Below, piece by piece: positions 51,806 through 61,743 of a stretch of DNA of 64,000 bases. The notes under the pieces were generated by a model. The model did no database searches, had not been told where the DNA came from, and was given only the letters and a program-made list of their open reading frames with translations. This DNA comes from TPA_inf: Saccharomyces (taxonomy: Eukaryota), in contig BK006941.2 of assembly GCA_000146045.2 (NCBI GenBank), forward strand, positions 576,001-640,000, read 5' to 3'. How positions within the stretch are numbered: position 1 is the stretch's first letter; every line of letters starts with the position of its first letter. The position numbers were made by a program, and so were the translations under genes.

Positions 51806-54800
51806 ATGAATAGTAATGAACTGGATCTAAGAAATAAATATTTTTATGAGATATTCGGTAAGAAAAGAAAATCAGATACTTCAACCCCTACTCAGTTGTT
51901 CTCCGGCTCCAAAGTTCAGACAAACATCAATGAAATTTCTATCACTAACGATGAGGATGAAGATAGTACTGAAGATGAAAATAAGGCTTCATTGAAGGAT
52001 TATACACTAGGGCACGACACCGGTGCACGGTATAGGATAGCACCGGACTGTTCTTCCCACCAATTAAAGGCATCTCCTGTCCTACATATTTCAACAAACC
52101 TTAATTCAAGTCCACAATCCTTCACAGGCGATCAGATTTCACCTACTAATAAAAAAATTTCAATAAATGATTCGACCAGACAAGATAAAGGTAACAGTTG
52201 CACTACCACTTCATCACCTTCTCAAAAAAGATCGAATGTTTTGCTTCCTCACGTAAGAAAACATTCATCTCCTTCACTATTATCATTTTCCAAAAACAGT
52301 GGCAGTCATATGGGGGATCCAAACCAGCTATCTACGCCTCCAACTCCCAAAAGTGCAGGTCACACGATGGAGTTACACAGTTCATTCAATGGAAAACATA
52401 GTTCTTCTAGCACCTCTTCTTTATTTGCATTAGAGTCACTGAAAACCCAAAATAGACGCTCATCAAACTCTTCCAATCATTCTAGTCAATATCGACGCCA
52501 TACTAATCAACACCAACGTCATCATTCAAGGTCCAAATCAAGTCCTGTCTCTCTGACGGAAATATCCATGATCAAAGGCACGCCTTTGGTTTATCCTGCA
52601 CTTTTATCACTAATAGCAATTAAATTCAAACAGACCATCAAATTGAGCACGCATAAAAAGATGGGGTTACTTTACAGAGATTCCTTTACAGGAAAACAAG
52701 CAATTGATACTTTATGCTTGATCATAGGAAGCTTAGATCGTAATTTGGGCATGTTGATCGGAAAATCGCTGGAAGCTCAAAAATTGTTCCATGACGTACT
52801 TTATGACCATGGCGTAAGAGATTCTGTACTGGAGATTTACGAGTTATCTTCAGAATCAATTTTTATGGCACATCAGTCGCAGAGTTCTACTTCAATTGCC
52901 AACACATTTTCTTCATCATCTTCTTCAGTTAATTCGCTCCGTACTAAAACTGAAATATATGGTGTTTTTGTCCCATTGACACATTGTTATTCCTCTACAT
53001 GCTCTCTGGAAAAACTTTGCTACTCTATTTCTTGCCCCAATCGTTTGCAACAACAGGCTAATTTACATTTAAAATTAGGTGGTGGTCTTAAGAGAAATAT
53101 TTCGTTAGCACTCGATAAGGAGGATGATGAACGAATTTCCTGGACAAATTCTGTACCAAAGAGCGTATGGGAATCATTATCCAAACAACAAATCAAAAGG
53201 CAGGAGGCAATATATGAGTTGTTTACTACAGAAAAGAAGTTTGTAAAATCTTTGGAAATCATCCGAGATACTTTCATGAAGAAATTATTAGAAACGAATA
53301 TTATTCCATCTGATGTAAGGATAAATTTTGTAAAGCACGTTTTCGCACATATCAATGAAATATATTCTGTCAATAGAGAATTTTTGAAGGCTTTAGCACA
53401 AAGGCAATCATTAAGCCCAATTTGTCCTGGAATTGCAGATATATTTTTGCAGTATCTTCCTTTCTTTGATCCTTTTCTGTCATACATAGCATCAAGACCA
53501 TACGCAAAGTATCTAATTGAAACCCAAAGATCAGTTAATCCCAATTTTGCTCGTTTTGACGATGAAGTGTCTAATTCTTCCCTGAGGCATGGGATCGATT
53601 CATTCCTATCTCAGGGTGTTTCAAGACCTGGTAGATATTCACTGTTGGTAAGAGAAATAATACACTTCTCGGACCCAGTAACAGACAAAGATGATCTACA
53701 AATGCTAATGAAAGTCCAAGATCTTTTAAAGGATCTAATGAAAAGGATTGATAGAGCAAGCGGTGCAGCACAAGATCGTTATGACGTTAAAGTGTTAAAG
53801 CAGAAAATTCTATTCAAAAATGAATACGTTAATCTGGGTTTGAATAACGAAAAAAGGAAAATCAAGCATGAAGGTTTACTCTCAAGGAAGGACGTGAACA
53901 AAACAGATGCGTCCTTTTCAGGAGACATTCAATTTTACCTACTCGACAATATGCTATTATTCTTGAAATCAAAAGCTGTAAACAAGTGGCACCAACACAC
54001 TGTATTTCAGAGACCAATTCCACTCCCTTTACTGTTTATTTGTCCGGCTGAGGATATGCCACCCATAAAAAGATATGTGACAGAAAACCCAAATTGCTCA
54101 GCGGGTGTGCTCTTACCCCAATATCAAACGAGCAATCCCAAGAATGCTATTGTATTCGCCTATTACGGTACGAAACAACAATATCAAGTTACTTTGTACG
54201 CGCCGCAGCCGGCCGGATTACAGACATTAATAGAAAAGGTGAAACAAGAGCAAAAAAGGCTCCTTGATGAAACTAAACATATTACTTTTAAGCAAATGGT
54301 AGGTCAATTCTTTCACTCATACATAAATACTAATCGCGTCAACGATGTCCTAATCTGTCATGCTGGTAAAATTTTATTGGTTGCAACAAATATGGGACTC
54401 TTTGTTCTTAATTATGCTACATCGATCAATCAAAAACCAGTGCACCTTCTGCACAAAATATCAATTTCACAGATCTCTGTATTGGAAGAATATAAAGTTA
54501 TGATTCTTCTAATTGACAAAAAACTGTACGGCTGTCCTTTAGACGTAATCGACGATGCAGAAAATGCAGATTTTCTTTTCAGAAAAAATTCTAAAGTGTT
54601 ATTTAAATATGTTGCAATGTTCAAAGACGGTTTCTGTAATGGTAAAAGAATCATTATGATTGCACATCATTTTTTGCACGCCGTACAATTATTGATTGTT
54701 AATCCTTTGATATTTGATTTTAATAGCGGTAATTTTAAAAAAAACCTAAAGGCAGGCTTGGTAGATTTTAGCGTTGATTCTGAACCTCTGTCCTTTTCTT

Positions 54801-55273
54801 TTTTGGAGAATAAGATCTGCATTGGTTGTAAAAAAAATATCAAAATATTAAACGTACCGGAAGTGTGTGATAAAAATGGATTTAAAATGAGGGAGCTTTT
54901 AAATCTACATGATAACAAAGTTTTAGCGAACATGTATAAAGAGACGTTCAAAGTAGTTTCCATGTTTCCGATAAAAAATTCAACTTTTGCATGTTTTCCA
55001 GAACTCTGCTTTTTTCTCAATAAGCAAGGGAAGAGGGAGGAGACAAAGGGATGTTTTCATTGGGAGGGGGAACCAGAACAGTTCGCGTGTTCCTACCCTT
55101 ATATTGTGGCAATTAATAGTAACTTTATTGAAATTAGACATATAGAAAATGGAGAACTTGTCCGCTGTGTACTTGGAAACAAGATACGTATGTTAAAATC
55201 ATATGCCAAGAAGATCTTATATTGTTATGAGGATCCTCAAGGATTTGAAATTATCGAACTGTTAAATTTTTGA
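51806..55273 (+). CDS. ROM1: Rom1, Rho1 guanine-nucleotide exchange factor (DH-PH-CNH) (1155 aa)
   Basis: 1155-aa ORF with a Ser-rich N-terminus, a DEP-like region, then DH/PH and C-terminal citron-homology regions. Confidence 0.9.
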   Translation: MNSNELDLRNKYFYEIFGKKRKSDTSTPTQLFSGSKVQTNINEISITNDEDEDSTEDENKASLKDYTLGHDTGARYRIAPDCSSHQLKASPVLHISTNLNSSPQSFTGDQISPTNKKISINDSTRQDKGNSCTTTSSPSQKRSNVLLPHVRKHSSPSLLSFSKNSGSHMGDPNQLSTPPTPKSAGHTMELHSSFNGKHSSSSTSSLFALESLKTQNRRSSNSSNHSSQYRRHTNQHQRHHSRSKSSPVSLTEISMIKGTPLVYPALLSLIAIKFKQTIKLSTHKKMGLLYRDSFTGKQAIDTLCLIIGSLDRNLGMLIGKSLEAQKLFHDVLYDHGVRDSVLEIYELSSESIFMAHQSQSSTSIANTFSSSSSSVNSLRTKTEIYGVFVPLTHCYSSTCSLEKLCYSISCPNRLQQQANLHLKLGGGLKRNISLALDKEDDERISWTNSVPKSVWESLSKQQIKRQEAIYELFTTEKKFVKSLEIIRDTFMKKLLETNIIPSDVRINFVKHVFAHINEIYSVNREFLKALAQRQSLSPICPGIADIFLQYLPFFDPFLSYIASRPYAKYLIETQRSVNPNFARFDDEVSNSSLRHGIDSFLSQGVSRPGRYSLLVREIIHFSDPVTDKDDLQMLMKVQDLLKDLMKRIDRASGAAQDRYDVKVLKQKILFKNEYVNLGLNNEKRKIKHEGLLSRKDVNKTDASFSGDIQFYLLDNMLLFLKSKAVNKWHQHTVFQRPIPLPLLFICPAEDMPPIKRYVTENPNCSAGVLLPQYQTSNPKNAIVFAYYGTKQQYQVTLYAPQPAGLQTLIEKVKQEQKRLLDETKHITFKQMVGQFFHSYINTNRVNDVLICHAGKILLVATNMGLFVLNYATSINQKPVHLLHKISISQISVLEEYKVMILLIDKKLYGCPLDVIDDAENADFLFRKNSKVLFKYVAMFKDGFCNGKRIIMIAHHFLHAVQLLIVNPLIFDFNSGNFKKNLKAGLVDFSVDSEPLSFSFLENKICIGCKKNIKILNVPEVCDKNGFKMRELLNLHDNKVLANMYKETFKVVSMFPIKNSTFACFPELCFFLNKQGKREETKGCFHWEGEPEQFACSYPYIVAINSNFIEIRHIENGELVRCVLGNKIRMLKSYAKKILYCYEDPQGFEIIELLNF

Positions 55274-55480
55274 GTTGACCGCCCATATTAATACCTTAAA
55301 ACTTATTTCTTGAACCTATACATCTAAATTTAAGTAATATTATTTTATTTGTATAACCATATGTAGTTTACCTGAAATATATGGGTGCCATTAAGAAAAT
55401 ATAATACAATGGACAAGAATTTTGTCCTAGAAAATAAAGTCTTGAAAGTATATTGTCCTTTCCTTTGGAATATTATGTCA

Positions 55481-58063
55481 CTAGCAAGCATCGAAAATTG
55501 ATCCAGAGTGAAAATTAATTTTTTCGAGATTAAACTGTGAATTCAAAAGTTTGATTTTAATTGTTTCCTCACTCAACTTGGTACTGAAGTCTTGATTAGC
55601 TGTTAGAGAAGATAATTCTGACCGTATTGAAGATGTCGAATTTACTGAAAGCAACTGAAGTAAAATATCGATTACTTCAATCTTGTTTTTACTGCTTATG
55701 TAATTATTCCAAATTGAATCCGAGATAGGAATATGAATATCAAATGTCTCTTCCATGGGATTTAGGCACCATTCCCCCGAGTTAGAGTCGTTTTCCTCAG
55801 ATAACTCATGTTTTGTAAAGTGAGATCCATCGAAGCTAATATCATTATCATTTAAGTAGTCATGGTATGCATTAGGCAGCTCATGCGCAATTCTGTTGAC
55901 ATAGCGTAATAGATCATCCCGAATGATTTGGACAAGTAATGAATCTTCTGTTAGTGGTGCGGTTAACTTGGTGTTACATAAAAGCTCTACGTCCCGTGAT
56001 TCTTTCATAAAAATGGCCTCGTAGTCAGAAAGAAGATTATTACCGGAATTCCGACCGCTCTCCCCACCACTATTAGAGGAACGAAAATTAGTTATATTGA
56101 TAAAGTTTTTAAGATACCTTAGAACAATTTTGGTCATGTTATGAACTATTTTATTTACCGATGTTGTGCCAAAGATTTCATTTAGAAGGCTTTTACTTTG
56201 GAAGATTGATGGATACAGGAAAGCACCAATCAAGTTTACATCATCAAGTAAATAAAGGTCTTTAACTTTTAGAAGCCTTGCTAGGATTTTTTCAAAGGGC
56301 TTTTTAGATTTGGTGAATTTGAAGCTTCGTATAATCTCTGTCAAATATAACTCAAACTTAATGATAAAAACCAAGGTATGGGTAAATTTCAATGGAGCGG
56401 AAGAAGCAAAGTACTCAATTGATTGCTCGAAAGTTCTTAACGTCTCTTCTACCGTGTTTATTAGACGAAAATCGGATTCACTAAGTGATTCATTTTCTAA
56501 ATGAGAGTTGATAGACTTGAAGAAAGGAACTAAGTTTGCAAATTTTTCTAAGATACTCTTCAAAGCTGAAAATCTATCGCAGTTACAGGAAAGGATTGAA
56601 GTAAGTTCATTGCAGTTAGGTTGTGTATAATTTTGGCAGTATAATAGGAAATCCGATTTTAGGGAGTCGTTTAAGTTAACTTCTTCTATCAAACAGCATA
56701 TTTTGCCGAGAATAGTAGATGATAAATCAATATGGGAAAAATCTATTAATGAGTCTAACAAAGAGCCTCCTGAATGATTTTCTTTGGCCACAGAAAAGGA
56801 AGACAGCATTGATTCAGTAGGAACATTAAACAACGGCTGTAAAAAACAATGAAGTAATTCAGATACTATGCAAGTATGGTACTTTATCTCCCTCACACTC
56901 CCGCTATGGAAAGTAAAATTATGACTGTTTCTATTCTCTAGTACCATTGTATAATGGCTTTGAGGCAAAGTTATAGAAATCACCGATTTTTGTAAGCCAG
57001 GGTATTTCGAATACAAATTGTTGAGCTGTTCCTGCCAGACACTAATATCTATATCCGTTGTTTTACGTACAAAAATAGATAATGGTAAACCCTTCGAAAC
57101 TTTGTTGGTATTATCGAACAGTTGCAAAGAAAATAATGATCTTTTTCCAGCCAGTTCTGTAAAATTTACAGAAATAAGATGGGATAAGTCCAAGTTAGAC
57201 AATTGTGCCCGAATTTCCCTAGAATATTTCAAGTAAAGAGGTTGATTTGATTCCTTACTATCGGATAAATGGATAGTAAAGGGTAATTGTGTATCATTCC
57301 TTGATATAGACCTTCTGATCAACTCATCAATTGATTTTGACAACCCTATAATTGACTCCTCTATTATATTGGTAGTTAAAGGAGGGATCCTATGAAATTT
57401 TGATAAAAGAGATTTAAAGGACACATTCTCAAAGAAGTTCAGCGGTAAATTTTCTGAGGCTATGACTATGGCTACTAATTGGGAAATAGAAAGGTAATTA
57501 CTGCTCTGTAATTTTCCTATGTCAAAGCATTTGAAACTTTGGTCGGAATTGAAGGTTAACGAATCATAGCCGTGTCTACGTGTAATTTCTGTGCTGGAAG
57601 TATTGTTTTTGAGATTGGAGTCTCCTACTGTGAAATTCATGGAATAGAAGTTTTTATTGGCACTTATATTATGCTTTGTTTTCAAGTGAGATCTAAAGGT
57701 TTTTGTCAAACTTGCATCGCTTCTTGTTAGTATCTCTCCACAATGTTTACATTTAACTTTCGTTAATTTCTTTTCAATTGCTAGAAAATGGGACCAGAAC
57801 TTTGCTATATTCTTCTTGAGCATTTGAACCGGAATCCATATATTTAACCCATCATTTATGATTTCGTCTTCCGGATGAATTCTACTTGATAGGATTTTAT
57901 TGCCGTCTTTTTCTATAAGTTCTATATCCTCAGTATCGTCTTCTTCCTCGTCTTCCTCCTCATGACTAGTAGAGTGAGAAGATGAATGATCAGAATTATT
58001 GATGATTTCGTTATCTTCTAAAGTCACCAAATCCCCATGTAAATCATCCAATGCAGTGTTCAT
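55481..58063 (-). CDS. ENV11: Env11, BED-zinc-finger protein, paralog of Vid22 (860 aa)
   Basis: 860-aa ORF with an acidic N-terminus followed by a BED-type finger (CKHCGEILTRSDASLTKTFRSHLKTKH). Confidence 0.85.
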   Translation of the reverse strand: MNTALDDLHGDLVTLEDNEIINNSDHSSSHSTSHEEEDEEEDDTEDIELIEKDGNKILSSRIHPEDEIINDGLNIWIPVQMLKKNIAKFWSHFLAIEKKLTKVKCKHCGEILTRSDASLTKTFRSHLKTKHNISANKNFYSMNFTVGDSNLKNNTSSTEITRRHGYDSLTFNSDQSFKCFDIGKLQSSNYLSISQLVAIVIASENLPLNFFENVSFKSLLSKFHRIPPLTTNIIEESIIGLSKSIDELIRRSISRNDTQLPFTIHLSDSKESNQPLYLKYSREIRAQLSNLDLSHLISVNFTELAGKRSLFSLQLFDNTNKVSKGLPLSIFVRKTTDIDISVWQEQLNNLYSKYPGLQKSVISITLPQSHYTMVLENRNSHNFTFHSGSVREIKYHTCIVSELLHCFLQPLFNVPTESMLSSFSVAKENHSGGSLLDSLIDFSHIDLSSTILGKICCLIEEVNLNDSLKSDFLLYCQNYTQPNCNELTSILSCNCDRFSALKSILEKFANLVPFFKSINSHLENESLSESDFRLINTVEETLRTFEQSIEYFASSAPLKFTHTLVFIIKFELYLTEIIRSFKFTKSKKPFEKILARLLKVKDLYLLDDVNLIGAFLYPSIFQSKSLLNEIFGTTSVNKIVHNMTKIVLRYLKNFINITNFRSSNSGGESGRNSGNNLLSDYEAIFMKESRDVELLCNTKLTAPLTEDSLLVQIIRDDLLRYVNRIAHELPNAYHDYLNDNDISFDGSHFTKHELSEENDSNSGEWCLNPMEETFDIHIPISDSIWNNYISSKNKIEVIDILLQLLSVNSTSSIRSELSSLTANQDFSTKLSEETIKIKLLNSQFNLEKINFHSGSIFDAC

Positions 58064-58303
58064 ATTAATGATTGAGTAGATTGGTACATATGCTATTTCG
58101 GAAGACTTTTGTTATTCTATGGTTTATCATCCCTTTATTTATTTTGTGTATTGTTTGCTGATCAAAAGTTGAAAATTTTTCGCCTAAAAAGTAAGATACA
58201 AAAGAAAATATTGTCGATGATTATTGCATGAATATATCAGCAAAGAGGAAAGGAAAACCTACTGAGGGACTTACATTTCTGCTGAAATATATAGTAATCT
58301 ATC

Positions 58304-59467
58304 ATGAGCAATGTGGCTGGGGAATTGAAGAATAGTGAGGGGAAAAAGAAAGGCAGGGGAAATAGGTATCATAACAAGAACAGAGGAAAAAGTAAGAATG
58401 AGACGGTAGATCCTAAAAAGAATGAGAATAAGGTTAATAATGCTACTAATGCTACCCACAACAATAGCAAAGGCAGAAGGAATAACAAGAAAAGGAACAG
58501 AGAGTATTATAACTATAAAAGAAAGGCTAGATTGGGTAAATCAACCGAGAATGAAGGATTTAAGCTTGTTATTAGATTGCTACCTCCAAATTTGACTGCA
58601 GATGAATTTTTTGCCATCTTACGAGATAATAATAACGATGATGGTGATAAGCAAGATATCCAGGGTAAACTCAAGTACAGTGACTGGTGTTTTTTTGAAG
58701 GTCATTATTCTAGTAAAGTATTCAAAAACTCGACATATTCTCGGTGCAATTTCTTGTTCGACAACTTATCAGACTTGGAAAAATGCGCAAATTTCATTAA
58801 AACTTGTAAATTCATTGATAATAAGGATAATATTACAATTCCAGATATGAAACTGTCGCCCTACGTAAAGAAATTCACTCAAACATCAAAAAAGGATGCC
58901 GCGCTAGTAGGAACAATTGAAGAAGACGAAATTTTTAAAACATTTATGAATTCAATGAAACAGCTGAATGAAAATGACGAGTACTCATTCCAAGATTTTA
59001 GCGTATTGAAATCTTTAGAAAAAGAATTCTCAAAAAGCATAGAGTTAGAAAATAAAATAGCAGAAAGAACAGAAAGGGTGTTAACAGAGCTGGTTGGAAC
59101 TGGTGATAAGGTCAAGAATAAGAACAAAAAGAAGAAAAATAAAAACGCCAAAAAGAAATTCAAAGAAGAGGAAGCATCCGCTAAGATACCAAAGAAAAAA
59201 CGGAACAGAGGCAAGAAGAAGCGTGAAAATCGTGAAAAAAGCACCATTTCTAAGACCAAGAACAGTAATGTGGTTATTATTGAGGAAGCGGGTAAAGAGG
59301 TTTTGAAACAAAGGAAGAAGAAAATGCTTTTGCAAGAGAAGTTAAAAATATCAAACTCCTCTCAGCCTCAGTCATCATCCGCTCAAACCCAGCCGTCGTT
59401 CCAACCTAAAGAAAACCTTTTCGTACCACGGGTAAAAATTTTGCATCGTGATGATACCAAGAAGTAG
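58304..59467 (+). CDS. UPF3: Upf3, nonsense-mediated mRNA decay factor (387 aa, Lys-rich)
   Basis: 387-aa highly basic ORF with Lys-rich N- and C-terminal regions (NLS-like). Confidence 0.9.
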   Translation: MSNVAGELKNSEGKKKGRGNRYHNKNRGKSKNETVDPKKNENKVNNATNATHNNSKGRRNNKKRNREYYNYKRKARLGKSTENEGFKLVIRLLPPNLTADEFFAILRDNNNDDGDKQDIQGKLKYSDWCFFEGHYSSKVFKNSTYSRCNFLFDNLSDLEKCANFIKTCKFIDNKDNITIPDMKLSPYVKKFTQTSKKDAALVGTIEEDEIFKTFMNSMKQLNENDEYSFQDFSVLKSLEKEFSKSIELENKIAERTERVLTELVGTGDKVKNKNKKKKNKNAKKKFKEEEASAKIPKKKRNRGKKKRENREKSTISKTKNSNVVIIEEAGKEVLKQRKKKMLLQEKLKISNSSQPQSSSAQTQPSFQPKENLFVPRVKILHRDDTKK

Positions 59468-59614
59468 TAAAAGCTCATGGCTTCTTATATATTATATATG
59501 GAATACATTTATAATAAAATAATAAGAATTATATATTTTATGATTATATTATTACATAAAGTATTCCCCATTATAAATTCTGAGTTTCGTATTTAATGAT
59601 TTTTCAATGAATAT

Positions 59615-59986
59615 TTAAAATAATAAAATATATGAAATGTTCATATACAATGAAATTGTCATGAAGAAAGATGACTCCAAGTATCGTTTATAAATCGTCG
59701 AGAAAAAGATTATGAAGTTGGTTAACTTTTTAAAAAAGCTGCGCAATGAGCAGGTTACCATAGAACTAAAAAACGGTACCACCGTTTGGGGTACACTGCA
59801 GTCGGTATCACCACAAATGAATGCTATCTTAACTGACGTGAAGTTGACCCTACCACAACCCCGACTAAATAAATTGAACAGTAATGGTATTGCGATGGCT
59901 AGTCTGTACTTGACTGGAGGACAGCAACCTACTGCAAGTGACAACATAGCAAGTTTGCAATACATAAACATTAGAGGCAATACCAT
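59615..59986 (-). CDS. YGR073C: Dubious 123-aa ORF overlapping SMD1 on the opposite strand
   Basis: Overlaps the conserved Sm-fold coding sequence. Hydrophobic, low-complexity translation. Confidence 0.15.
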   Translation of the reverse strand: MVLPLMFMYCKLAMLSLAVGCCPPVKYRLAIAIPLLFNLFSRGCGRVNFTSVKIAFICGDTDCSVPQTVVPFFSSMVTCSLRSFFKKLTNFIIFFSTIYKRYLESSFFMTISLYMNISYILLF

Positions 59987-60152
59987 AAGACAGATAATCT
60001 TACCTGATTCCTTGAACCTGGATTCACTTTTGGTTGACCAAAAGCAACTTAATTCCCTAAGAAGATCGGGTCAAATTGCAAATGACCCCAGCAAAAAGAG
60101 AAGGCGCGATTTTGGTGCACCAGCGAATAAAAGGCCAAGAAGAGGTCTATGA
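59712..60152 (+). CDS. SMD1: SmD1, core snRNP Sm protein (146 aa)
   Basis: Sm1/Sm2 motifs (MKLVNFLKKL…ELKNGTTVWGTL…, …IRGNTIRQIILPD) with a basic C-terminal tail. Confidence 0.95.
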   Translation: MKLVNFLKKLRNEQVTIELKNGTTVWGTLQSVSPQMNAILTDVKLTLPQPRLNKLNSNGIAMASLYLTGGQQPTASDNIASLQYINIRGNTIRQIILPDSLNLDSLLVDQKQLNSLRRSGQIANDPSKKRRRDFGAPANKRPRRGL

Positions 60153-60875
60153 TTCGCTGCTGGTGTCGTTGTCATCTTCACTGTCACCATTACTTTCGCT
60201 TTCGCTAGAACTACTCTCTTCATCAGAGTTGTATATTTTATTCCATTGACATTTCCCTAATGGAATACCCCAGATATGGTCCTGTGTGGCCAACCAATCG
60301 ACTAATTCATCAATGTGTATTATACAAAGTTCTTCGTTATAGGAGTGAGCAAAGCAGTCTACTTGTAGTGGGAAACTTTTTAGTTTGAAATAATGCTGTG
60401 AATATTTGTATAATTGTACTTTAAATAACTTTATCAAATCATTTTCATCATCATCGTTTTTGTTATTGCCATTCAAATAATAATACTGTAACCGCGCATA
60501 AACCAGAAGCAAAGCAATAATATATTTCGAGTCAAAACCGTTCTCATTTTTTACATTCAATAAGAAGTTCAACTGCTGGAAATTCGGTCTGATTTCGATT
60601 AACTTCATTAAGATGCATTTAAACTCAATGCCACCGAGAACCATCATGTGTAAATGACCATTTTGACCTTTTATGGTACCAAATGCGCCAATCATAACTT
60701 TCAAAAGCTCTACCATTGTATTGCCTCTCAAAGATTCGTTGCTTAGATTTACTTTATAGTACATTGAATTATGAATTTTATCTCTTGTCAACCGAGGAAT
60801 AACAAGTGACACTGACTGGTTATTCAGTTGTTTTGGAGAGATGTTAGACTCCACTTGAAATTCATTGACAGCCAT
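60147..60875 (-). CDS. PRP38: Prp38, tri-snRNP pre-mRNA splicing factor (242 aa, acidic/Ser-rich C-terminus)
   Basis: 242-aa ORF. Position matches YGR075C. Its 3' end overlaps the SMD1 stop by 6 bp. Confidence 0.88.
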   Translation of the reverse strand: MAVNEFQVESNISPKQLNNQSVSLVIPRLTRDKIHNSMYYKVNLSNESLRGNTMVELLKVMIGAFGTIKGQNGHLHMMVLGGIEFKCILMKLIEIRPNFQQLNFLLNVKNENGFDSKYIIALLLVYARLQYYYLNGNNKNDDDENDLIKLFKVQLYKYSQHYFKLKSFPLQVDCFAHSYNEELCIIHIDELVDWLATQDHIWGIPLGKCQWNKIYNSDEESSSSESESNGDSEDDNDTSSES

Positions 60876-61103
60876 TGTAGTCCTTGTTCTTTACCCACGT
60901 TTTGTTTTTGTTCTTGCGTTTTTACTGCCACTGAAAATATAGCGTTGTAATGGCTTTAGATTTTACTTTTTTTTATCATAATTCTTGTTCAGAACGTTCG
61001 TTATTGATATCACAAAATTATTTACATGATTAGACATTAAAAACATAAAACAGTACACATAGGGTTTACTATTCTAAACTATAGTTATCTTCTCTCTTAT
61101 TCT

Positions 61104-61595
<492 letters not shown>

Positions 61596-61743
61596 CTAGT
61601 TGGTTTTCCTATTCTGTATAAATGGTTCACTTTATTTCGTATTTCACTTGCTCTTCCACTTTCACTTGTATCCCAGTCATTTTTTTTTTTTGTTTGAGAA
61701 AAAAGGAATATAAAAAGGCGCTACTATAAAGTACTTAATGATA

